From an uncultured bacterium (GTDB lineage: Bacteria > Zixibacteria > MSB-5A5 > JAABVY01 > JAHJOQ01): a stretch of 22,734 nucleotides of DNA. Below are positions 7,873 through 17,029 of this stretch, piece after piece. The DNA is taken from assembly GCA_965369655.1 (NCBI GenBank), contig CBDUQR010000040.1, positions 1-22,734 on the forward strand, written 5' to 3'. A program made the translations under genes and the position numbers. How positions within the stretch are numbered: the first letter of the stretch is position 1; the number at the start of each line of letters is the position of its first letter. Below the pieces are notes generated by a model. It was not told the origin of the DNA. It saw nothing but the letters and a program-made list of their open reading frames with translations, and did no database searches.

Positions 7873-9669
7873 CTATCGTTCGCCCCTGAGATCGTTTCCG
7901 GGTTCAAGCAGTTTGGAGTAATCCTCTGTTGAGCCAAGCACTTCCAACGCCTTGAGCACATAGGGATCGGTCTTCAGGACCATCTCTTCGTAGACTCCGC
8001 GCTCGCCGAACTGCTTGCGGATAACCTCCCGCTTGACGCGACGGGCGATATACTCTCTCGATTTGTCGAAGTCCTTCTCTTTCTCGATCTCGATGATTCG
8101 CCGCAACTCGTCGATGTCGCCCTCGAACAGCTCGGTCTTCTCGGCGTCCGAGACCGCTTCCGCGAAGTCGTCGAGCGAGATTTCCATCTGGCTTCGGTAC
8201 TCGAAATCGTTCTCTGCGCAAAACTTCTTGAACTTTTCGAACATCTCGTCGGTGACTTCGAAGTCCCTCGTAACATCAGGTGTGCTGGAAGTGTAATCGA
8301 CGGCGAACTGGAAGAACATGGATTGCCTTTCGAGATTCATTTCGATCGGCTGCCACTTTTCACGTTCGATTTCGATGTCGGGTATAATGCCACCGCCGCC
8401 ATATACGGCTCGATCGCCATTTGTGTAGAACACCTCGCGATCGGTATCTATCTCATCCGAGTCATCCTCGAGTGTGATGTCTTCGATTTCCTCCGGATGT
8501 TTAGTTGAACGTTCCGGTTTCTGTATACATCTTCCGGACGGCACATAATACTTTGCGGTTGTCAGCTTGAGTGCAACATCGGAATCGCTTGCTCCTCCGA
8601 ATACCTGCTGGACGAGGCCTTTGCCGAATGTCGGATTGCCGATAATGACGCCTCTGTCCCAGTCCTGGATCGCTCCTGCGACAATCTCGGATGCCGACGC
8701 CGAACCGCCATCGACCAGCACGACGAGCGGCTTGTTTGGATAGAGCGGTTCGTCCTCGCATGAGTACCGTCGCTCGGAAGAGGGGAGACGTCCGCGTGTG
8801 TAGACGACCAGTTTGTTCCTGTCGAGAAAGAGGTTGGATGTCGATATGGCCTGGGAAAGCAGTCCGCCGCCGTTCGTTCTCAAATCGAGAATCAGCCCTT
8901 CCAGTTCGACTGCATTCTGGAGGCTGTCGATCGCGGTCCGAAGCTCGTCTTCGGTCGTCTCGGCAAAACGCGAGAGCCTGACATAACCGATGTTGTCGTT
9001 GACTATGCCGGAGTAGTTGACGCTGTACAGGGGTATCTCGGCGCGCGTAACCTCGTAGTCGAGTTCCTCTTCGTATCCGGGTCTCTTGATGGTCAGTGTG
9101 ACCGATGTTCCCGCCGCTCCGCGCATACGGTTTGATGCTTCCTCAGTGGTCATGTCCTTAGTGTCTTCACCTTTAATGGCGGTAACGAGATCGCCCGCCA
9201 TCAGTCCGATTTCAGAGGCAGGAGTGCCCTCCATAGGTGCAATGATCGTGATATAGTCTCCTCGCTTGCCGATCTGCATCCCCAGCCCTTCATACTTGCC
9301 GTGCGTATTCTCCATCAGGTGATCGTACGACTTCTTTTCCATCAGTACTGAGAACGGATCCAGATCGTCGAGCATTCCGCGAATACCGGCATACGCAAGG
9401 TCTTCGGGACTGACGTCTTCCATATATCTCGAATGGATGTTGTACGCCATGTCGACCAGGAGACGAGTGTAGTAGAGGATTGTCTTCTCGCGCCTGGCGA
9501 AGTTGTCGAGAGTGTCGTCCTGCGGCTCTCCAGTCGACTGCACCTGCGCGACAAGATTTTCATACGAGGCGGCCTGTTCAGCCTGACCGGCACCGACCAG
9601 CCATACCATCGCAACCGCGATGATAGTTACGATCAGAGCATATATCCCGGTGTGTCGCGTGTCGTTCAT
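7873..9669 (-). CDS. ctpA: S41 family carboxyl-terminal processing protease (PDZ plus S41 domains)
   Basis: N-terminal TM, LDPFS, PDZ (GLGMQI..TPA..GL..GD), LILDLRTNGGGLL, SASASEIVAGAIQD, TFGKGLVQ and LKLTTAKYY.PSGR. AGGAGG RBS. Confidence 0.95.
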   Translation of the reverse strand: MNDTRHTGIYALIVTIIAVAMVWLVGAGQAEQAASYENLVAQVQSTGEPQDDTLDNFARREKTILYYTRLLVDMAYNIHSRYMEDVSPEDLAYAGIRGMLDDLDPFSVLMEKKSYDHLMENTHGKYEGLGMQIGKRGDYITIIAPMEGTPASEIGLMAGDLVTAIKGEDTKDMTTEEASNRMRGAAGTSVTLTIKRPGYEEELDYEVTRAEIPLYSVNYSGIVNDNIGYVRLSRFAETTEDELRTAIDSLQNAVELEGLILDLRTNGGGLLSQAISTSNLFLDRNKLVVYTRGRLPSSERRYSCEDEPLYPNKPLVVLVDGGSASASEIVAGAIQDWDRGVIIGNPTFGKGLVQQVFGGASDSDVALKLTTAKYYVPSGRCIQKPERSTKHPEEIEDITLEDDSDEIDTDREVFYTNGDRAVYGGGGIIPDIEIEREKWQPIEMNLERQSMFFQFAVDYTSSTPDVTRDFEVTDEMFEKFKKFCAENDFEYRSQMEISLDDFAEAVSDAEKTELFEGDIDELRRIIEIEKEKDFDKSREYIARRVKREVIRKQFGERGVYEEMVLKTDPYVLKALEVLGSTEDYSKLLEPGNDLRGER

Positions 9670-9705
9670 CTATGCCTCCTGAAGAGTTTTTTCCAATCCG
9701 ATTAC

Positions 9706-9733
9706 AATGTACGACAAATCACAGATTTGTCAA
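9706..9733 (-). promoter_or_regulatory. Putative ctpA promoter with an overlapping palindromic operator-like site
   Basis: TTGACA-N16-TACATT, with the perfect inverted repeat GACAAATC-ACA-GATTTGTC at 9713-9731. Confidence 0.5.
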
Positions 9734-10145
9734 ATCCAGCCGAAGTCTCTCGGCCCATCGGAAGCCCCTGTATCTCCTTGTATTTATAACAGTTACGAAT
9801 CGGAGAAGTTTCGCCTGATGCGCGGTGAGTTTCTGCGATTTGTAACTGTTTGTGTAGCCATGCGTTATGATAAGAACCAAGTCTGACGTCAAGGCTGGCC
9901 GGTCGGGTGCGATGCTGCTGTGTGGGCTGCCCGCCGGAACTAACTGGGGCTCAATGTGATACTGAACCGGGAATTCGGCGAGTTGAGTTTGTGCAGATTT
10001 GGGGCAGACCTTCATGCTATAATCGAGCTTCTCTGGTTTAAGAGAATTAAAAAAAGGTACTTAATATGGTGCATTCGATAATGGTTGGATTTCACCTTCA
10101 TTGCGAGTGACCGATGGGAGCGTACCCGTGGCCGGCAGACCTCCC

Positions 10146-10344
10146 GAGGCTGTCCCAAAAGATCCGAAAAGCAGGTAATCATGTTTGCGAAAGAAAATAG
10201 CGTCATTCCCGCGCAGGCGGGAATCTATTGAATGCGTTGATGTTAAATAGGCTCCCGTGGTATCCTGAGCAAAGCGAAGGGCCTTCGCGGGAGAGACAGA
10301 GTCAGCTTACCGCTTTAGTTAATCAGGACTTTTGGGACAACCTC
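10146..10344. mobile_element. MITE (non-autonomous, IS1182-like ends), copy 1
   Basis: Terminal IRs GAGGCTGTCCCAAAAG (10146-10161) and CTTTTGGGACAACCTC (10329-10344), 15/16 match. 4-bp direct repeat TCCC on both sides. No transposase. Confidence 0.8.
10202..10297. repeat. Inverted pair of REP-like GTCATTCCCGCGCAGGCGGGAATC elements inside MITE 1, the right copy interrupted by 24 bp
   Basis: Left copy at 10202-10229. Right copy AATAGGCTCCCG|CCTTCGCGGGAGAGAC is split by TGGTATCCTGAGCAAAGCGAAGGG (10258-10281). Confidence 0.7.
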
Positions 10345-10380
10345 TCCCGGTCTGCCGCATCCAGCAATCGTGATCTCAAA

Positions 10381-10450
10381 GGGGCAGACCCTTCGAGGCT
10401 CAGGACTTGCCCTTCGAGGCTCAGGACTCGCGAGGATGTCTGCCGCCCAC
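10381..10450. repeat. REP-like GGCAGAC..GTCTGCC palindrome carrying a 21-bp-period tandem duplication
   Basis: CCCTTCGAGGCTCAGGACT at 10389-10407 and 10410-10428, between the arms GGCAGAC and GTCTGCC. Confidence 0.7.
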
Positions 10451-10469
10451 ACATGAGTGCAAATCGGAA

Positions 10470-11411
10470 TCAAAATATACTAAGCTTCAGATATTTTTTT
10501 GGATTCTCCATCAGGTCATTTACGAACGTGTTCATGCGGGCGACCAGATCCGCCATTTCATTGTACATTTCCTGATCTGCTATGAGTTGGCCCATCGTCC
10601 CTTCGCCGCTGTCGATCTTCGATAGAATCGTGTCGAGCCTCGCTGTTGCAGACATCATATTGTCGAAGAGAGACGGATCCTTGAATAATCTGGCGAGTGT
10701 TCCGCTGCCATCGAGCAGTTCTTCTGTGAGGGCGTGGAAATCCTGCCTGATGGCGTTCACATCTCTCAACATAGTGCTGGCGCTTCGATCGAGCGTGTTC
10801 ACGAGGGCGCTCGACTTGTCGATCAGTCCCGATATCCTCTCTGCCATTTCACGATCATGCATCAGTCTCGATACTGTACCTGAACCAGTATCTGCCACAG
10901 CGAGCAGGTTATCGATTGATCCCAGTATTCTCTTGAATCGAGCAGCGATTTCCGGAGCTTCCTTCAGCGCACCATCGAGTCCGGCGATGCCTTCAGCCGG
11001 TATGATCGAGCCGTCTGCGAGCGATGTCTCAGAGGGTGGACCCGGGATGAGCTTCAGGTACTTGTCACCGAGCAGCCCTATCGTAGAAATCTGAACACTG
11101 GTGCCGGGAGTTACAAGATACTGCACGGAACTCTTGATCTTGAACTTCACTACGATATTCTTGTCGGCCTCGACCGGAATTTTGAGAAACTTGATGGAGT
11201 AGACATTTCCGACTTCGACGCCCGCAAGCCAGACCGGTGCACCGATCACCATGCCTTCGAGTTCACAGAAATAGGACACATATTTTGTCTTTTTCTCGAA
11301 TATCGAGGTGCCAGCACCTCTGAAAGAGGCATAGACGGCAAACACGAGGCCTATGAATATGACTATCCCGACCTTGATCTCGCTCCACTTAACTTTACCA
11401 GCTCTTTCCAT
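10470..11411 (-). CDS. mlaD: MCE/MlaD family substrate-binding protein
   Basis: E.KVG TM anchor, MCE motif G..GAPVWLAGVEVGNV..I...TIGLLGDKY..L.PG, helical C-terminus with GT.G.L repeats and NPKKY end. TAATG overlap with mlaF. Confidence 0.9.
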   Translation of the reverse strand: MERAGKVKWSEIKVGIVIFIGLVFAVYASFRGAGTSIFEKKTKYVSYFCELEGMVIGAPVWLAGVEVGNVYSIKFLKIPVEADKNIVVKFKIKSSVQYLVTPGTSVQISTIGLLGDKYLKLIPGPPSETSLADGSIIPAEGIAGLDGALKEAPEIAARFKRILGSIDNLLAVADTGSGTVSRLMHDREMAERISGLIDKSSALVNTLDRSASTMLRDVNAIRQDFHALTEELLDGSGTLARLFKDPSLFDNMMSATARLDTILSKIDSGEGTMGQLIADQEMYNEMADLVARMNTFVNDLMENPKKYLKLSIF

Positions 11412-12190
11412 TACTCTCTGCTCATTTCCGCCAGAAGCCTGAAGTGTTTCTCGATTACACTGTTAAGTGGCCCCAGAAACTTGATGATATTCTCATCCTT
11501 GCTCGAAAGCAACTGCTTTCCGGAGCCATCGAATATCTTTTCCCCTTCGTCGAGCATGATAAATCTGTCGGACACTCTGAAAGCATCGGTTATCTGGTGC
11601 GTTACGACGACTTGAGATGTCGTCTTCGGTTCGCTGATCCTGTTTATGATATCGGTTATTCGTTTCGTTGCCCGTGGATCGAGGCCGGTCGTCGGCTCAT
11701 CGTACAGCATGACTTTCGGACGGGTCGACACCAGCGCGCGCGCAATGGCAACGCGTCTCTGCATCCCGCCGGAGAGCTCGTCCGGCAGACGGTCGATAAG
11801 TGTCGGATCCAGTCCGACGAATTCAAGCATATTGATAACTTTCTCCTCGATATCGACGAGCTTCATTTTGGAATGTTCGAGGAGATAGTATCCGATGTTC
11901 TCGCCGACAGTGAGCGAGTCGAACAACGCGCCGTCCTGAAATACCATTCCCATTCGTTTGCGAATCTTGCGCAGCTTCCTTTCTTTCATGGCCGAAATGT
12001 CCGTCCCATCGATATACACGTGACCGGATGTTGGATAGTGCAAGCCGAGGATCAGCTTGAGCAGAGTGCTTTTGCCTGAACCGGACGCGCCGATGATCGC
12101 GACTATCTCACCCTCGGCGATATCGAAAGAAACGCCACGAATAATGTGGTTCTGCCCGAAATAGAAGTGCACATCCCTGAGTGAGATCAC
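11411..12190 (-). CDS. mlaF: MlaF/Mkl family ABC transporter ATPase
   Basis: Walker A GASGSGKS, FQDGALFDSLTV, LSGGMQRRVAIARA, YDEPTTGLDP and VTH. GTG start at 12190 overlaps the mlaE stop. Confidence 0.92.
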   Translation of the reverse strand: MISLRDVHFYFGQNHIIRGVSFDIAEGEIVAIIGASGSGKSTLLKLILGLHYPTSGHVYIDGTDISAMKERKLRKIRKRMGMVFQDGALFDSLTVGENIGYYLLEHSKMKLVDIEEKVINMLEFVGLDPTLIDRLPDELSGGMQRRVAIARALVSTRPKVMLYDEPTTGLDPRATKRITDIINRISEPKTTSQVVVTHQITDAFRVSDRFIMLDEGEKIFDGSGKQLLSSKDENIIKFLGPLNSVIEKHFRLLAEMSRE

Positions 12191-12978
12191 AAGTACCCCC
12201 TGAACAGCGAGAGTACCAGCTTCGTGATCAGGAAGTTGACCAGCAGGATTGTAATCGATGTCAACACGACGCTGCTCGTGGTCGATCTTCCGACGCCTCT
12301 GGTGCCGCCTTTGGTTGAAAAGCCTTTGTAGCATGAGATGAAGGCGATCACCAGAGAGAAGGCCAGCGGCTTAATCAGTCCGATCGCGATATTCCCGAAA
12401 CGCAACCTGTCCATAACGCTTGACCAGTACAAAGTCGACGAAACGTGCGACACGAATACCGCGATGATCCATCCGCCGATTAGCGCGATGGTGTCTGCTA
12501 TGATCGTCAGGATCGGGACCATAATGACGAGTGAGATCAGTCTCGGTGTGGCGAGCTTCTTGATCGGATCGATGCCGAACGCCCTGAGAGCATCGACCTG
12601 GTTTGAAGAAACCATGGCTGCGATTTCGGCTGTGATCCCTGAGGCCACACGCGCCGCAATCATCAGGCCGGTCAGCACAGGGCCGAGTTCTCTGATTATG
12701 GCTACAGCCAGAATCCGTCCGATATAGTCTTTGGATCCGATATCCGCAAGCTCGTATGAAAACTGGATGGCCATTCCCTGGCCAGCGAAGATCCCGGTGA
12801 GAACGACAAGGTAAAGTGAGCCTACACCTATGTAGTACATCTGCTCGAAGGTTTCGTATGGGTAGATTGGTTTCCCGAAGACGCTGATCACCATCCTGCC
12901 GCCGAAGAAGGCGAGGTTCTGCAGTTCGCTCACGAAATGCTTCAAACCATCTTCCATTTTTTTCAGCAGCGTGAACAT
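12187..12978 (-). CDS. mlaE: MlaE family ABC transporter permease
   Basis: IGVGSL, RELGPVLTGL..AAR..S..TAEI..M....QVDAL...G.DP...L..PR and GG..GVG.STT. ATG 12978 with GAAGGGAG RBS. Confidence 0.93.
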   Translation of the reverse strand: MFTLLKKMEDGLKHFVSELQNLAFFGGRMVISVFGKPIYPYETFEQMYYIGVGSLYLVVLTGIFAGQGMAIQFSYELADIGSKDYIGRILAVAIIRELGPVLTGLMIAARVASGITAEIAAMVSSNQVDALRAFGIDPIKKLATPRLISLVIMVPILTIIADTIALIGGWIIAVFVSHVSSTLYWSSVMDRLRFGNIAIGLIKPLAFSLVIAFISCYKGFSTKGGTRGVGRSTTSSVVLTSITILLVNFLITKLVLSLFRGYL

Positions 12979-13095
12979 CAGTCTCCCTTCAAGTCCATTG
13001 CATGGACTATTAGAGGATACACGATGTCGAGCGTCAGTTCCAGCAAAAAAACGTTGCCTCGATAGTCTGAATCCACAGAGTGAGTGCGTGAAAAC

Positions 13096-13123
13096 TTGAC
13101 ATTTTTCGTACATGTTATATGTT
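13096..13123 (+). promoter_or_regulatory. Putative sigma70 promoter for the PP-loop gene
   Basis: TTGACA-N16-TATGTT upstream of ATG 13161. Confidence 0.4.
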
Positions 13124-13160
13124 TCATGCGCGTCAGGCGATGAAGACACGAGGGTTTGCG

Positions 13161-14174
13161 ATGTCATCGAATTCACATACGAAGGTCGTAGCGCTGCTTT
13201 CCGGCGGACTCGACAGTTCGCTCGCGGTGCTTCTCATGCGAAGGCAGAATATCGATGTGCACGCGATCATGTTTCTGACGCACTTCGGGTGCGATATTGT
13301 CGACAAATCGAGCTGCTCTCAGGATCCGTTTCCGATGGCCGAGAAGTACGGGTTTGTTGTGAAGATGTGTCATCTTGGAGAGAAATTCCTCGATATCGTC
13401 AAGTCGCCGAAATTCGGTCATGGCAAGAACATGAATCCGTGCGTTGATTGTCGAATACTGATGCTGAACGAGGCGAAGCATGTCATGGAGCAGATCGGCG
13501 CGGATGCGATCATCACCGGCGAAGTGCTCGGACAGAGGCCGATGTCTCAAACCCGCGATAAGCTGAACCTGGTCATCAAACAGACCGGCCTCAAGGGTCG
13601 ATTGCTGAGGCCGCTGTCGGCTAAGTTACTCGAGCCTACGATTCCGGAAATAGAAGGTAAGATCGATCGCGAACAGCTCGAGAATATCAGCGGCAGGTCC
13701 CGTCGTCGCCAGATGAAACTTGCTGAAGAATTCGGTCTTGATGATTATCCGTCGCCTGCCGCCGGATGTCTCCTGACCGATCCGGGTTACTCGAAAAGGC
13801 TGAAGGATCTTCTGGAGTATGATTCGAATGTCGATTTTACGGCGCTGAATCTATTGAAAGTGGGCAGGCACTTCAGGTTCTCGCCAGCCACCAAGATAGT
13901 TGTCGGCAGGGAAGAGGCCGAGAACGACAAGATTGAGAAGTATCGAAAGCCGGAAGATATCCAACTTGAGGCGATGGAGACCGGTTCGCCGATCACTCTG
14001 CTTGTCGGAGAGCCGACGAAAGAGGCTGTCCTCTTTGCGGCTCGCCTGACCGCTCGCTATTGCGACCAGAAATACCAGCCATCGGTTCGCATCACGATCT
14101 CGTATCCCGACAGGGAAGAGGTGATCGAAGTTCCGCCCGCCGAGGATTCCGAACTCAAGCTCGTCAGGCTATAA
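13161..14174 (+). CDS. ThiI/MnmA-like PP-loop tRNA sulfurtransferase-family protein with a C-terminal NFACT-R/DUF814-like domain
   Basis: PP-loop SGGLDS, G.G...NPCVDCR, TGEVLGQRPMSQ, LRPLSAKLL, G.SR..Q, PAAGCLLTD and GRHFR....VGR...EN. No N-terminal THUMP domain. Confidence 0.85.
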   Translation: MSSNSHTKVVALLSGGLDSSLAVLLMRRQNIDVHAIMFLTHFGCDIVDKSSCSQDPFPMAEKYGFVVKMCHLGEKFLDIVKSPKFGHGKNMNPCVDCRILMLNEAKHVMEQIGADAIITGEVLGQRPMSQTRDKLNLVIKQTGLKGRLLRPLSAKLLEPTIPEIEGKIDREQLENISGRSRRRQMKLAEEFGLDDYPSPAAGCLLTDPGYSKRLKDLLEYDSNVDFTALNLLKVGRHFRFSPATKIVVGREEAENDKIEKYRKPEDIQLEAMETGSPITLLVGEPTKEAVLFAARLTARYCDQKYQPSVRITISYPDREEVIEVPPAEDSELKLVRL

Positions 14175-14234
14175 CTCTTTCTTTCCATATCAGCCACCCA
14201 CAACAAGAGAAATGCAGTGCTCGGCAGATGTCCA

Positions 14235-14389
14235 GAGGCTGTCCCAAAAGTAGGTCGTGTTCCGAACCTGATGTAATCAGGTGAGAAACGCGACACCTCT
14301 ATCTTGTTGACTGACAGTCGGGTTTCTTGCAGGCTACGCCTGCTGCGGAACGCCGACCTACTGGAGACCAGGACTTATGAGACAACCTC
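14235..14389. mobile_element. MITE (IS1182-like ends), copy 2
   Basis: Left IR GAGGCTGTCCCAAAAG is identical to copy 1. Right end CAGGACTTATGAGACAACCTC is nearly identical to the copy 1 right end. 4-bp direct repeat TCCA on both sides. Confidence 0.78.
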
Positions 14390-14511
14390 TCCACATCTGC
14401 CGCTTCTCTACGGTTCAGGGTATTGGCGCTTCTGGAATTTTGTTGACATCCACGAGAGTCCGGAATAGATATTGAAACCAATATGAATCGTTTGCAGCAG
14501 AAGGAGATACA

Positions 14512-15897
14512 GTGCCTGAGAAGAGAGAACACTGGGCGTCGAGGATAGGATTCATCTTCGCGGCGGCGGGAAGCGCTGTCGGATTGGGAAATCTCTGGAA
14601 ATTCCCATACATAACATGGCACAACAACGGCGGTGCATTCGTGCTTGTCTATCTGGCCTGTGTCGTTGCGATTGGCTTGCCGGTAATGATGGCCGAGATT
14701 CTTCTCGGAAGACGTACGCAGATGAGTCCGGTTCCCGCGTTTCAGAAGCTCGGCAGCAGTGGGTGGGGACTGGTCGGTTTTCTCGGAGTACTCACCGGTT
14801 TTGTCATTCTCGGCTACTACAGCGTGATTGCAGGCTGGTCGATCAGGTCGTTCATACAATGTGTCGGCTGGAGCGTCAACGGCTATCAGGCACCTGCGGA
14901 CACGGCCTTCGGGGCGTTTCTCTCCGACGGATCTATGCAGTTGCTGCTGGCGTTCATATTTCTTGTCGTGACTGCATTTATTGTGTGGCGTGGTGTCAGT
15001 TCAGGAATCGAGAAGGCTGCCAAGTTCCTGATGCCGGTGTTGCTGCTGATCTTAGTCTATCTTGTGGTACGCGTGATGTTCCTCCCCGGTATTGGTCAGA
15101 CATTCCACTTTCTGTTCCGACCGAACTTCTCGGAACTGCCCGCCACCGGCGTTCTCGAAGCACTCGGGCATGCGTTCTTCACATTGTCGCTCGGCATGGG
15201 AGTGATGATTACTTATGGCTCATACATGCACAAGCGCGAATCTATCCCCGGTGCTGCCGCGACTGTTGTGTTCCTCGATACGGCTATTGCGCTGCTCGCC
15301 TGCGTGATCATGTACACGATAATCTTCTCGGTTGCAGGCGTCGCCGAGAGCGTCTCAGGCTCCACAGTCGGAATGCTTTTCGTGACTCTCCCGCGTCTGT
15401 TTTACACCGAGTTGTCGGGCGGCACGCTACTTGGCCCGTTGTTCTATGTGCTCGTAGCATTCGCGGCGCTGACTTCCACGATATCGGTTCTCGAAGTGAT
15501 CGTATCGTTCTTCATCGACAAGCTCGGCTTCAAACGCTCTACAGCTACATTGGTAGGGACGGCCGCAGTAGCCATCTGCACGTTTCTATCGGCTCTGTCA
15601 CTTGGAGCGGTCGGATTTCTGTCAGATTTTGAGATATTCGCTGGCAAAGGCGGTGTGCTTTCAACTTTGGATCACGTCGCCGCCAATTACCTGCTACCGG
15701 TCGGCGGACTGCTTACGACGCTGTTTGTTGGCTGGTTCGTGAGCAAGAAGTTGTCGGCGGATGAACTCGGTATGCTCGACGCTGCCGGCAATCCGACGTT
15801 CAGTTTCAAACTATGGCTGTTTTTCATACGGATAGTTGCCCCGCTGGCGATTCTTGCGGTGATAATCGCTGTCATTCTCGGAAAGGATTTCAGTTAG
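14512..15897 (+). CDS. Sodium-dependent NSS (SLC6/LeuT-like) amino-acid symporter
   Basis: RE.W.SR.GF..AAAGSAVGLGNLWKFPY...NGG.AF, GIEK, AFFTLSLG.G.MITYGSY and FAALTS.IS.LE. GTG start with AAGGAG RBS. Confidence 0.95.
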   Translation: MPEKREHWASRIGFIFAAAGSAVGLGNLWKFPYITWHNNGGAFVLVYLACVVAIGLPVMMAEILLGRRTQMSPVPAFQKLGSSGWGLVGFLGVLTGFVILGYYSVIAGWSIRSFIQCVGWSVNGYQAPADTAFGAFLSDGSMQLLLAFIFLVVTAFIVWRGVSSGIEKAAKFLMPVLLLILVYLVVRVMFLPGIGQTFHFLFRPNFSELPATGVLEALGHAFFTLSLGMGVMITYGSYMHKRESIPGAAATVVFLDTAIALLACVIMYTIIFSVAGVAESVSGSTVGMLFVTLPRLFYTELSGGTLLGPLFYVLVAFAALTSTISVLEVIVSFFIDKLGFKRSTATLVGTAAVAICTFLSALSLGAVGFLSDFEIFAGKGGVLSTLDHVAANYLLPVGGLLTTLFVGWFVSKKLSADELGMLDAAGNPTFSFKLWLFFIRIVAPLAILAVIIAVILGKDFS

Positions 15898-15909
15898 TCG
15901 TCGAGAAAG

Positions 15910-16740
15910 CTAATTGCCATTATTGCGGGAGTTGAGATATTTCACAAGGCCGGTGCCCGTGTTTTCCAGCCCGAGCTTGCGTCTGATCTGCTGACGGGTT
16001 TTCTCCACTGTTCGAACCGAGACACAGAGAGTCAATGCGATTTCCTTTGAGATGAGGCCTTTTCTGATCATGGCGCACATCTGGAGTTCACGCGGAGAGA
16101 GCTGCGCGGACTCCCCTTGAATCACTCCGATGAATGCCGATGTCGTGTCCATCAGCGATTCCTCAATCATTTCGACTTCCTGCCTGAGTTCATCGCCAAG
16201 TTTGTTCTTCAGCCTCTCCAGCAGGGGGAGGACGGCGCAACAGATATTGGTCCGAAGGTCCTTTCTCAGGTTCTCTCGTTCTTCTCTGATTCGATTCAGT
16301 ATCTGGCGAAAGGCAATGTCTTTTTGCGTCAGCGCCGACCGAAACTGATCCGGATTCGACCTGTCTCCATCGCCAGGCGTCGTTGGTTCGCGATGATTGT
16401 CGGACCGGTCAGAGATCATAACCACCGTATCGGTCGGGATGAATGTAAAGGTGACAGGGCAGAGGAATCCATCGCACACGAGAGATTCGGGAAGGGTTCT
16501 CTCGACTTTGAATGCAGTTTGATCTCTGTGGCAGGCTAGCAGATCATGTGAAATGTCGGTATTGCCGTCGAGCAACTCGGTTGATGTTCTTCCGATCAAT
16601 TCGGGGTACGAACCGGGCGAATCACCATTGGATGCTCCGCAGCAGTCAGCGAGCACGAACTCGCCCGCGCGATTTTCCCAGACGTGAATGATCACATTTG
16701 ATTCTGCGGTTTTAAGCGAAGATGTTTTTTCCTGTCTCAT
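15910..16740 (-). CDS. LuxR-family HTH regulator with a degenerate PAS-like N-terminus and coiled-coil linker
   Basis: C-terminal LSPRELQMCAMIRKGLISKEIALTLCVSVRTVEKTRQQIRRKLG and central K.IA..QIL..I..E....N....VLPLLE.LK. Confidence 0.85.
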   Translation of the reverse strand: MRQEKTSSLKTAESNVIIHVWENRAGEFVLADCCGASNGDSPGSYPELIGRTSTELLDGNTDISHDLLACHRDQTAFKVERTLPESLVCDGFLCPVTFTFIPTDTVVMISDRSDNHREPTTPGDGDRSNPDQFRSALTQKDIAFRQILNRIREERENLRKDLRTNICCAVLPLLERLKNKLGDELRQEVEMIEESLMDTTSAFIGVIQGESAQLSPRELQMCAMIRKGLISKEIALTLCVSVRTVEKTRQQIRRKLGLENTGTGLVKYLNSRNNGN

Positions 16741-17014
16741 TGATTTCTCTACGACCGACCTTCAATAGAATTATACGGCGCCACCAGAATATGGGATTCC
16801 GATTTTCGAGGTGACAGACAGATACTCACCTGCCCATCACCTCACTTGTTCGTGACAGGCCGAACCGACTTCGATTCCTCTGCTGTTAACAAGCCCAGGG
16901 AAAGACTTATTCTGATACCAGTTCTGTGGGATGATCGTGTGTTCATCCTCCAGCTCGGCGTCACTCCCTCCTGCCGGATCGTTGCCGATCCAGCGCATTC
17001 AACAGTTATGTATA

Positions 17015-17029
17015 TCAATATCCATGCCA
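17015..17029 (-). promoter_or_regulatory. Possible sigma54 (-24/-12) promoter pointing toward the LuxR gene
   Basis: TGGCAT-GGATA-TTGA has the correct spacing, but -12 is GA rather than GC. Confidence 0.3.

Noticed and set aside
10389-10428. Direct repeats as a possible CRISPR array
   Set aside because: Only two 19-bp copies separated by 2 nt, with no spacers and no cas genes.
9719-10575. ORFs 9719-10015, 10012-10206, 10228-10575 and 10407-10625
   Set aside because: No recognisable motifs or RBS, and several simply translate through the MITE/REP repeats. I could not support a gene or ncRNA in 9790-10130.
14299-14859. 186-aa minus-strand ORF as a transposase for MITE 2
   Set aside because: Mostly antisense to the NSS gene, with no DDE or HTH motifs.
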